A stretch of 64,000 bases of DNA from Paraspadella gotoi (Eukaryota > Animalia > Chaetognatha): NCBI GenBank assembly GCA_051294375.1, contig CM119263.1, positions 15,165,374 to 15,229,373 on the forward strand. The letters are read 5' to 3'. The position numbers were made by a program, and so were the translations under genes. Under the pieces are notes generated by a model. That model was not told where the DNA came from and searched no databases. It saw only the letters and a program-made list of their open reading frames with translations. This document shows positions 49,501 to 60,218 of this stretch, piece by piece (position 1 is the stretch's first letter; each line of letters begins with the position of its first letter).

Positions 49501-51355
49501 TTGAGTAACATAATAAAGCTCTCCACCTATATATGTGATTCTGAAAGCAAAGAGTAAGACTTAATAATACATATAAAATTTCTTCTCTTTCGCGCCATAG
49601 AGTAGGAAGGATTTAATCTTGAATCGATGTACATAGGAAAGAAAATTTAATTCAATAATATTTTAATATAAAGAAAAAAACAAAAAAATCTCATACAAGA
49701 GATGGAGCATACAATAGGAGACGCATACTTCTCAAACTAAGTGCCAGGCAGGAGGAAAAACTTGGATTCAGTAGTGATGGATGATGCATGACTCATCTTT
49801 TCCAGTGCTCTCTAAACGCAAACAGAGTGAAAGTCCATATTTATTCTACTAGGGTTCATAGTTGGACTTCTAGACGTGTGCTTAATCAAATATTGGAAAT
49901 TTGATTATTCACTAAAGCCGCCGCAGCTCTCTCGCGTAATTAGGAAAAGGGAAACCTCCCTTGTAGACCTAGGGATTGGTCCACCCCCAAAAGCGTAGAC
50001 CCGGGAACTCACGCGCCCATCCGCGGAACATCCATTGGCCATCCCCCTATACTGCTGACGACGTCGCGCGTAATTAACGCAATATCTCTGATACCCTGTA
50101 CACAGTAGAAACCGTTGCCGAATAATCCCATAGAGCCCAAGATCACCGCGGATATCCAGCATCAGGGGAATCACAGAGACTTCCTGATGGTTATTCTTGC
50201 TCCTCTAGTTCGAAGGGTCTTATATTTCCAGCCTTAGTGCATGACAGCGTTATGGTGGCAGAAGACCCAAGACAATGCGGCTATTCTCTGAGAGAACGTC
50301 ACACACGCTTTCGACTCATATCTCTTATTACCCAAGTAGGTGATCAATATTTCTCTTAATATATCCCCACTAATGAAATATCACCCGCCTCTCTATACGA
50401 ACAGCGGGGAATGGTAATTAGGGAGTTCACCTCCCCTCTGCATCCGCTGATAAAGAAACAGAGTAAGGTTCATAGGGTCTCAGGTGAGTGGGCAGACGGG
50501 TGCACTCGCTCTCCCAAACAGAAATTTACCATAGATAGTCTCAAACCATTAAACACGGTAGCTCCACCTTCGGGATTCCAGGTCTCGATTAACTGAAGAA
50601 TTTAAAGGTCCACACTATTCAGTTGCGCAGTTACTAGACGCAACAAATTCTAACAATCAGACACAGCACGGTTTCTCGGCGGAAGTCTTCCGAATTATAA
50701 CTTCTTACGGCTGATTTGATAAACTGTAAATCAAACGGTGACCTGTGTCGGGACAAAAAGGTACACTACAGGAAAGGTATTAGAGAGTGTTACCGTTGTG
50801 GCACCACTGACGAAATTTCGCTCCCTGCAACATGATCAAACGCTTTCTCTGGCATGAATAGTGCTCTACTACGTCCTCATGCTACTGCTCTCTCTAATAC
50901 GTCTACGTCTCTACGTCTTCTTCTCTCTTCTCTCTAACTTCGTACTCGTCGCAAAAACTGTGAGAACAATCGCACCTCACGGACCAGCTCAGAAAAAGTA
51001 TATGGTAGCATATGCGCCAAAGCGTGGGAATGAATACTTGTAAATATATTTAAGACTAATTTTGAAAATTATGAGGAACGAAAGAAATATTATCGTATCA
51101 CGACTTACAAAATCAACAGAATAACAGGGAAAGGACGGTAAGCAATGAAAACAGTGAATAAAGAGAAACAAGAAGAAGATCTAATAGCATCGAAAGAAAA
51201 AAGAAAGAAATTAAGAGAAAAGAAGAGAGTAGAAAAAGGGGGTGAGGCGAGGCGTGAAAGATAATGTGAATCTAATGAGTAGATTGAGGAGGAGATCGAT
51301 CGGAAGGAAGACCTAACTAATGTTAAAACACGAAGTGAAAAGAGAGTGATGTGAC
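40465..51355 (+). repeat. Set of noisy direct duplications: 40465-41640 ~ 42950-44265; 43990-45290 ~ 46180-47370; 41640-42373 ~ 50150-51355
   Basis: Shared anchors include ctagttctacgttaatctaa, aaagtcacgagggaaggctaa, atgtcccgggatacgtttc, acgcaacaaattc and gaagaccta. Confidence 0.85.
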
Positions 51356-51474
51356 CCTCACCACACACTACCGGGACGAACATATAACCAAACTCGAAAG
51401 AGAGAAGAAGAACCACGCAGAGGAATTAATCCCCAGCAACGACGAGATAGATTTACCCAACGATCAGCCGGATT

Positions 51475-53306
51475 GTCATCCCACACGTGATCCTCCCACG
51501 CGGGGGATTCTCCCACACGGGAATGTCCTCCCGACAGGAAAGATTCCAATCCCACGCGGGATTCCATTCCGTCCCACACGGGATTCCTCCGAACGGGGAT
51601 TACCTGCCACACGGGCGGAGATTCCATCCCACGCGGATTCCTCCCACACGGGATCCTCCTACGCATCTCCCACACTTGGATTCCTCCCACGCAGGATTTC
51701 CTGTCCCAAACACGGATGTCCTCGCCCAAACACGGATTCCTCGCCACAAGATTACGTCCCATGCGGGATTCCTCCCACACGGAGATTTCCTCCCACACTG
51801 ATTTCCTTTCGCCCACACTGATTTTCCATCCCACACGGGGATTCCTTCCCACACGGGATTCATGGCCCACAGCGTATTCCTCACCAACGCGGAGAGATTC
51901 GCTATCCCTATAAAATGTGATTAACTTTTCTTGTTGCAATGTTCTTGTTTCAGAAAAAAATGATTCATTAAAATTAAAGATTTTGTGTGTGAGGGGTTAG
52001 GAAAGTTATTGTGATAAAGGACTGGAGAGTATACATGTTTTTGATGTTAAAATCGTAGTTGTGAAAAAGAGGAGATTTCAAATTATGAAAACCAAAGAGG
52101 ACACAATTAGTGTATTGAAATTTTTTTAAAGTTCTCTCTCTCTATCTCTCTCTGATTGCTGAATGTGAAAGGTTGCAGCCAAGATATAGCCAATTACAAT
52201 ATGCCAGGTTGGACCAAATTGCGTTGCAAGTGTATTTAACAAAATTATGCCAGGATGGAGGGACCAGAAATGTGATGCGAAGAGAAGAGAGCCTTGTTGA
52301 CCAAATATGCCACGAAGGTTAGTTTACCAAATAATTTGTCAGTGACCAAAAGTATAGCCAGTTGACCAAATAATGCAAGTTTGATTAAAATTATGGCAAG
52401 TGACCAAGTTTAGAACGCTTAATTACCACTTTAATTATCGTAGGCAGATCCGACATTGTTTGCCTCAAACTTGTTTTTTTTTTTAGTTGGACGTGGGAGA
52501 AATCCCACGGTAAGGGAAGGAATCCCGTGTGAGAGGAATCCCGCCGTGGGAGGAATCCCGTGTGGGAGGAATACGCGGTGGGAGGCAATTCCCCGCGTGG
52601 GGAGGAATCCCGCGTGTGGTGAGAATCGCCCGCATGGGAGGAGAGTCCCAGAGACGATGTGGAAGAATCCCGCGATGGGAGGGAATCCCGCATTTTTAGG
52701 AGATATGCAACCGCGTGGGAGGAATCCCGTTGTAAGGGAGGAATCCCGCGTGGAGGAATCCCGGATGTGGGAGGAGGAATCCCGCGGTGGGAGGAGATCC
52801 CGGATCGAGGGTGTGGAGGAATCCCGGAGCGGTGGGAGATCCAGGATGGAAGTGTGGAGGTGGGATGGAATCCGCGTGGGAGGAATCCCGCTATGGGAAA
52901 GTAATCCCGCTTGGGGAGGAGAAGAGAATTCCGTGTTGGGAGAGGAAATCTCGTGTGGAGGAATCTCGTTGTGGGAGGAATCCCGTGTGGGAGGAATCCC
53001 GCTATGGGAGGAATCCCGTGTGGGAGGAATCCGCGTGGGAAGGAATCCGCGGTGGGAGGATATCCAGCTGTCGGAGGAGGAATTCCATGGGGAATGGGAG
53101 GAATTCTGTGGGGAAGGGAAACCCGTGTTGGAGAGGAAGTCCCGCGGCGGTGAGGGAATTCCTTGGGAGGAATCCCGGGAGATGTCGGAGGAATTCCTTT
53201 GGGAGGAATCCCGTGTGGGAAGCAATTCCATTTGGGAGGAATCCCTTGGGAGGAATCCCGTGTGGGAGGAAACCCGTGTGGGAGGAATCCGCGTTGGAGG
53301 AATGAC
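51475..53306. mobile_element. Foldback/MITE-like element: inverted arrays of a 17-bp unit flanking a ~600-bp spacer
   Basis: 51475-51893 is (gggattcctcccacac..)n and 52491-53306 is the reverse complement (..gtgtgggaggaatccc)n. Mirrored variant units: gtcat(t)cc/ggaatgac at the outer ends and cgtattcc 51873/ggaatacg 52568 near the inner ends. No TSD or transposase seen; the inverted arrays are certain, element status is inferred. Confidence 0.55.
52172..52410 (+). repeat. Degenerate ~18-bp tandem repeat (gttgaccaaatatgccaa)
   Basis: Recurrent gaccaaa / tatgcca words inside the foldback spacer. Confidence 0.7.
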
Positions 53307-53460
53307 CTGTTGGTGGAAGGTAATCCCAATGGAACCCTATTTTTACTTATGTAATTTTTCAGGTTGCGCCGTCTTTTTTTTTTGCCACGGGACTGTATTG
53401 AAGAGAATTGAAATATGAATATAATATATAATAATAAATTAATAAGATACTATATATATA

Positions 53461-53963
53461 AGTCAGGGGCAAGATAGCTGATATTTATTAAATGAATGGA
53501 ATAATTTTTATATTGGTCGAGTACCAATTTCATAAAATTCAGGGAGGAGGAAGAGTGCGGACGTGTAGTGATTTCCTGCATGTTTTTGTTAAAGAACATT
53601 TTGATGCTAGTTGACGGAGGTTAGTTATAATAAGGTAAAATTCCCCGATTCTAATACTTTGAAGGGGAGTGGTCTTTTCATACAATTGAGAAAAACATCT
53701 TTGAAATATTATACCACTTCATGAGATAGGCGAAGCCAAAAGGGTACTCTGCGGAGTGAATAAACGAGACGTGAGTAGAGTCTTAATTGAAGAAGAGAGA
53801 GAAGAAGCTTGCAGGGACCTGCTATGTCATTATCTTGTAAGAGTGATGGAGGCCTTAAACCACCAAAAGGCCGTGTCTCCCAAAGTCAGGGGGCAAGATT
53901 GAGCTTATGTATTAAATGACATGGATAATTTATAGTTGGTGTGTACCAAAAATTTCATATAAA
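53461..53963 (+). repeat. Dispersed repeat family A: partial copy (53461-53540) and full copy (53695-53963)
   Basis: agtcaggggcaagatagct...accaatttcataaa occurs twice; the second copy is preceded by the rest of the consensus. Confidence 0.8.
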
Positions 53964-54205
53964 TGGGTGATTTTAAAGAAACTAAAAAAAACAGATGATG
54001 CCGGACCAAATATAAAGGAGAGAATAAAGAAAATACTGAGTGGAAAGGCGGCATCTGGACTTTTTTTTGCGTTTACTACAAATAAATTTTGGATTCAACT
54101 TCCATTCCCGTCCGAAGATCCGCTCTCAGTATTCTCACTTGTCGTCTCTCTCTCTCTCTCGTCTCTCTCTTTCTCTCTTTCTCTCTTTTCTCTCTTTCTC
54201 TCGTT

Positions 54206-54236
<31 letters not shown>

Positions 54237-54746
54237 TTCCTCCGTCTCAGCGCTAAAAAGCATTTATATTAGCTATAAAGAGAAACTTGAAATGACGTGA
54301 GAGGAAGGGAGAGAAGCAGGGCTTGCGGTAAGGTTTGTGGGCGTAAGTGCTTCAGAAGGTGGGTAGGTGAAGTGGCGATGGTGAGAAAAAAAGACTTTTC
54401 CTTTTTCCCTCTTAAAATCGATGAATTAGCTAAGTATTTTTTCTCAATTTTTTTTCATGCCTTCAGACTTCCATGTTTCAACTGAGGCTTCTCAGCCGTA
54501 ATTGGAGCAATGAAGCGCTATCTGTCTTTAGAGAGAGAGATGGAGAGAGAGTGGGAGAGGGAAAGAGAGAGAGAGCAGTTGAGAGAGAGAGCAGGTGAGA
54601 GAGAGAGAGAGAGAATTCGGGCCATAAACAAATTTGGCCCTGTTTCAGTTTAGGTGAGACGAGGATGAATAAGAGTATCAATTTTACAGGGAAATCGCTG
54701 ACAACCGACGTGGAAAAACGACTGTACCTTTGAGTTTGGCCATCCT

Positions 54747-54796
<50 letters not shown>

Positions 54797-57700
54797 CTTC
54801 TCTCTCTTCTCTCTCGTCACACTCCGGTTGATGATCACGTTTCTTTCCTCGCTCTGTCGCTCGCGTGCAGTTCACTCTCAATCATCTCGCCATCGGTTTT
54901 TTCTCTCGTCTCCGTGATTCGCCCACCAATAGCCCACCATTGAAGATTGTCTGTAGCCCCGTGTGCCCGCGCCAACCAAAGGGCGGGGTAATCGCGCTTT
55001 TGTGGAACTCATAAAAGTTGTCAGATGCGTAGTTAATTGTTTGAGAAGTCTAAGTTTAATTTTAAAACTTGTTACTTCACTTATTTATAAGTTTTCGATT
55101 TGCTAGTGAGAAACCTTGGTCAAAAGAACTAGTTCAAGATCTTTCGACTTCAGCGATTCCCACTAAATTTCACATTCACTTTGCAGAAATCTCAACCACT
55201 GGTTTTTTTTTTTTCCTTTCACGTTTTTCTTGTTAAACTCCAAGGACTCTTTTGTTCACATTCCACTATTAATTTTCCGCATTCACAAAAATTTCTGTAC
55301 CTGTCTCCACAATTCTAATTCCCTTTTTTCCAATGGTCCATTTCGGGAGTCTCTACCCCCGGACGTAAAGTCCGCCCAAAGAGCGCAATTTAAGTCTTCC
55401 CATTGCAAAAATTGGCCATGAAACGCCCATTGGCCATTGCCATTGCCATTCCCATTCCCATTGCCCTCCAGTGAAAATAAATTATGTTCAAAATTTTGGG
55501 GAGAGATAACAGATAAAAAAATAAAAAGAGAAAACAATTAAACAAACTGTGTGATAACCGGAGATTTATTTACGTTCATTCATCCGTGAAGTGTGATGAT
55601 TGACTTGGCACCACGAAGGCTGGCGCGCTGTCCGCGGTCGGAAAGGCAGCGCCCGGATGCGTAGGTGGCGGCGGCGCTTTGCAGCAATCTTCGCCAAACG
55701 GTTGGGTTTCTCATGGCAGGGTGTTGGACAATGGAAGCGACGGTATTTAGTGTAGCTCTAGACCTTTGGGAGTGGCATCGCCCCCATTTCTGTACGTCTG
55801 GCTTGGAGGGAAATCTAGTTGTCGCCAAGTTCGAAAGTTTATGACAAATATTAGGTTGGATTTCTCAAATTTAGGCAAAAGGTAAAGTATAAGTAATTTT
55901 ATCGAGAGAATTTATAGAGTAATGATCAGTTAAGAAAAAACCGCAGATTTCACTAGCTTAATCAAATTTGAAATTCTAATTATAGAGAAAAATAGAAGGA
56001 GATTAATTCTGTTTTAGGAAGAAAGAAAAATGGTTCAAGTTTTCCGGAAATTTAAAATTTTTTTGATTAGGAAATAAATTCCGGCCCGTCTGCTTTTATT
56101 TAATTAAGGTTCGCGATAAAATAATTCTTAACCGAGGATTTTAAAAAACGGTTTCCTCACCGAATTTACTGTCATTTATTTGATGATAAAATGCAAACGA
56201 TAAGTTCTTGTTCATGCCAAATATGACGATTAAAGTTTTGCTGCCCTTTAAACTTTACATAAACTTTACATATATTAAACTTACACTTTAGTTTCATATT
56301 TTTAAGAATTCTCGGCTTCGCCTCGAGGACTTAAAAAAATTCGCTGTAGCGTCAACGCAAATGCCCCCCCAACCCGAAGACCACTCAGTGCGAAAGCTAT
56401 TTAAGTCCGAAATAAAATCCTTCAAATTAATAAACTATATAGCTCTTTTTTTAATTAACTCTCGCCAGGCAAGGTTATAAAACCGGAAATAAACTAAGAT
56501 AATGAGAAAATGTAACTAAAGGAAAAACTGGAGTGATGAATGTTCCTGGAGCCAGGAAGAAGTAAGATTAATTTTAACTTGGAAACGAAAAAAAAAAAAG
56601 AAAAAATTTCCGGCTAGCGGCTCATTGGTAAAAGAGATATTAAGAAACTAGAAACATAAAGAGTAAGCAGGATTGGAAAAAAGAATGAGCGAAAGAATGA
56701 GACGACGACGCGACAGCGACGACGGACGAACTCACAGCGAAACGACGATACGATAACTAGTCTGGCCATCATCACGAGCGACGTGAGAGAAGGAGAGGAA
56801 TTAGAGATTCAGTCCGAAAGTCGAAAGAAAACGCTATATTTATTTTTCTTTCAATTGTTATTGAATTTTTATTCTTCTTCCGCTTTTTTGTATGCTTTAT
56901 CCCTCATGTACTCTTGACTGTGGTTACTTCTGTAACTTCTTGCTACTTGTCACTATATTTCTCGCACTTTTCCACCTGAAGAGAGAACTTATTATATAAT
57001 TCTCGTTCTGTGAGAATAAATTTCATTACAATTCGTTATTTTCATCATATCCAGACTCATAGCTCCTGTTCTCATCGCTTCTTTTTTTTCTTGCTTTCTT
57101 TCTAAATTTTTCTCTAAATTTGCCGTTTGTTTTCTTCTTCTCTTCCTCTCATTTTTCCGTAGTTCCTGCTTCTCAGACAGAGCCTCTTCCATTTGTTCCT
57201 CCTTCTCCACCAGCTTCTCTGTTCCTACGAAGAATACAACATTCATTGTATACAAATTATGTGTCTTTCCCTTCGTTCTTTCCTTCCTCACGTTCGTTGC
57301 CCACATATGTCCTGCTCTCGTCCCTTTCTCCTGATCAACCGTGCTTACTCTCACTTCCGTCCTCACTGCTCTTACGCATACTGTCCTAGCCTCTTTCCGT
57401 CTATCCCTCTTCCTCACTTTCTTCACTCTCTCCTACCATGCTTCCTCCGCGTCGTTTCCTATTGCCTCAACCTTCTTCCTATGCGGTTACCTCGAACTCT
57501 CACAGCGTTCCCTTACTCTACTCAATTTCCCCCTACTCCGACATTTGGCCTTCACAACTACTTTTCTGCCTCTTTCCGTCCCATCTGTATCTCTCTTCCT
57601 GCCCTTAATGTATATGCCATCTTTCCGTCACTTCCTCGCCCTTCCTGATCTTCCTGTACTTATGACCTTTCCCTTCTCATCTTTCCTGCCCGACTTTTCC

Positions 57701-58007
57701 TCTGAGAGACGAGAGAGATGAGAGAGAGACGAGAGAGATGAGATGGAAGATGGAGAGAGGAGATACGGAGGAGAGAGAAGAGAGATGAAGAGAGAGAGAA
57801 GAGGAAAGTAAGCANNNNNNNNNNNNNNNNNNNNNNNNNTTTACACGTTCTGTAGAGACATAACAAACGGAGAAAATGTAAACAGAAACCAACATCGAAG
57901 GCGCGACTCTCACGATGGAACGAGACGATCGCAGGAAGTAAAGCTAAACAAAAGTTTACAATATTTTTTTTAACTTTTGTCGACGACGACGACGACGACG
58001 CCGACGC

Positions 58008-58040
<33 letters not shown>

Positions 58041-58301
58041 CGTCGAACCAAAGTGAGAGAAATTCTTTAGGAATAAAAAGGGAGTGAAGAAAGGAGAGGA
58101 GACTGTTTATCGATTCACCCTCAACGAGGAAAGAATGTGGTCTCAAACCGTTGCCATGGTAACGTGAAAGACTTGTCTGGTCTGGTTCGTCGAAATGGAA
58201 GAGATTGATAACTGACGTGACCAAACACACTTTTTTTTAAATCAACAAATTTGTATGTATAAGTAACTGGAAAGACGGAGAACCGAAGTCAACCGGACTG
58301 A

Positions 58302-58844
58302 CAGACAGATTGTCGCACCCGATCCCATCAGATAAGCTGCGATCCGCTTGTCAAACTCAAAGGAGACGTCAAAGAATCCAAAGACGTCAACAAGAACGAA
58401 CCCGATGACGACGACGACGACGACGACGACGACGAAGATAACGACGACGACGATTTTCGTGGCCCAAAAACGAAAGGAAACAATCTCCCGCGGGAAACAA
58501 CAATTGACAACTCGGAGAACAAAAGGCGAAAGACATCCGGAACAAAAAAGACGCGACTCGATTGCGGTAACCATGGAAACGACGGCGACGACGGCGACGA
58601 CGATGAAGTCGACGGCGAACGACGACGGGCGGCTGATGAGATTCCGCCGCCCGCTTCCAGATGTCTTCCTTTTCGTGTCCCGAATGGGAGGGAGAAGCGT
58701 CTAGGTGGCGGGGCGGGACTTGCAGGGGTTGTGTTGGTGGGGCCGTTAGAGATTTTTGGCGTCACGGTATTGAGATATAGCGAAAAAAAGGGAGTTGCCA
58801 ATTACTTTTTTTATGAGTGTTTTCTCTGTATTTCAGTAAAATAA
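58302..58844 (+). CDS. Candidate exon encoding an acidic low-complexity segment with a basic KRRK cluster
   Basis: Stop-free frame of ~180 codons without an early start codon (…KESKDVNKNEP D-rich…SENKRRKTSGTKKTR…DDDEVDGE…). Possible acceptor near 58304 and donor at 58767. GC-rich triplet repeats may explain the open frame. Confidence 0.3.
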   Translation, partial: QTDCRTRSHQISCDPLVKLKGDVKESKDVNKNEPDDDDDDDDDDEDNDDDDFRGPKTKGNNLPRETTIDNSENKRRKTSGTKKTRLDCGNHGNDGDDGDDDEVDGERRRAADEIPPPASRCLPFRVPNGREKRLGGGAGLAGVVLVGPLEIFGVTVLRYSEKKGVANYFFYECFLCISVK

Positions 58845-58952
58845 TTTCTTGTAAAAATTGTTTCCGAATCAAAAAATAATGGTTAATTATTAGATTTTCA
58901 CTTATTTTCAAAATTTACATATAAAGTNNNNNNNNNNNNNNNNNNNNNNNNN

Positions 58953-59266
58953 AATCAAACAAACTAAACCCCTTTTTTTTCTTTGTGTTTTTTTTAAATT
59001 TAAGATGGAAGCTATGTATGTATACATCTAATACATACTATGAAAGTGGGGATGAGAATGTCCCTCATTAATTTCTTTTTTGTGAAATTTTTTTTTTATT
59101 CACGGCGCAAAAGTTCTTCTCGGAATCATTTTTTTTCTTTCTGTGATGGTCAAAACAAGAGATCCATCGTTTACTTCGTCCTTCTCTTTCTTTTTTTTTC
59201 TCCCTCATTTCTCTTTATTTTCTCTTCCTCCTTTTTTCGGTATCTCTCATCTCTCTTCTCTCCTCT

Positions 59267-59299
<33 letters not shown>

Positions 59300-60075
59300 A
59301 TCTTCTCTCTCTCTCATCTCTCTCTTCTCCTCTCTTACTTAATTCATGAGAAGAGGGGAAAGACGAGAGAGCAGGGAGTGGAGGAGTTCGAGAGAAGAAA
59401 AACAAAGAATAGAATTGAAAATGTTCGATACTTGAACAAACCAACTCGTGAGACTCGAAGGAATTTGGGATCGAAAATGAAAACAAGGATAAACCAAATG
59501 GGGAAAATATTCCGAGTCACTAACCCCAAAACAAAGTGGAGATTTCATGAAAAAAAAAAAAAAAAAAAAACGGAGACCCGAGTAAAGGAAAACCGGGTTT
59601 TATCTCGAAAATTTTGTTTTGGTTGTGACTCGGAATATTTTCCCCATTTGGTTTATCCTTTGTTTTTCATTTCGATCCCAAATCCTTTCGAGTCTCACGA
59701 TTGGTTTGTTCAAGTATCGATACATTTTCAATTCTANNNNNNNNNNNNNNNNNNNNNNNNNAATCAAACAAACTAAACCCCTTTTTTTTCTTTGTGTTTT
59801 TTTTAAATTTAAGATGGAAGCTATGTATGTATACATCTAATACATACTATGAAAGTGGGGATGAGAATGTCCCTCATTAATTTCTTTTTTGTGAAATTTT
59901 TTTTTTATTCACGGCGCAAAAGTTCTTCTCGGAATCATTTTTTTTCTTTCTGTGATGGTCAAAACAAGAGATCCATCGTTTACTTCGTCCTTCTCTTTCT
60001 TTTTTTTTCTCCCTCATTTCTCTTTATTTTCTCTTCCTCCTTTTTTCGGTATCTCTCATCTCTCTTCTCTCCTCT

Positions 60076-60108
<33 letters not shown>

Positions 60109-60218
60109 ATCTTCTCTCTCTCTCATCTCTCTCTTCTCCTCTCTTACTTAATTCATGAGAAGAGGGGAAAGACGAGAGAGCAGGGAGTGGAGGAGTTCGA
60201 GAGAAGAAAAACAAAGAA
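58953..60218 (+). repeat. Apparently identical direct duplication 58953-59409 / 59762-60218, each copy starting right after a 25-N gap
   Basis: No differences seen at offset 809; the ORF track gives identical peptides for both copies. Confidence 0.95.
59410..59736. repeat. Inverted repeat (~130-bp arms, ~60-bp spacer); probable missed long-read adapter
   Basis: 59410-59541 is the reverse complement of 59604-59736 with indel noise. The spacer AT..(A)n CGGAG..GAG..GGAAAA..AT resembles a garbled SMRTbell hairpin. Confidence 0.8.

Noticed and set aside
51475-53306. CRISPR-like array
   Set aside because: Units are contiguous with no unique spacers; no cas genes; eukaryotic context.
51351-53418. 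150-320 aa ORFs in many frames (GIPP/RDSS/WEES-rich)
   Set aside because: The 17-bp unit has no stop in any frame; no coding evidence.
56992-57721. K/E/R-rich 144-aa ORF and overlapping ORFs
   Set aside because: Pyrimidine/purine-skewed low-complexity, probably noisy sequence; no motif.
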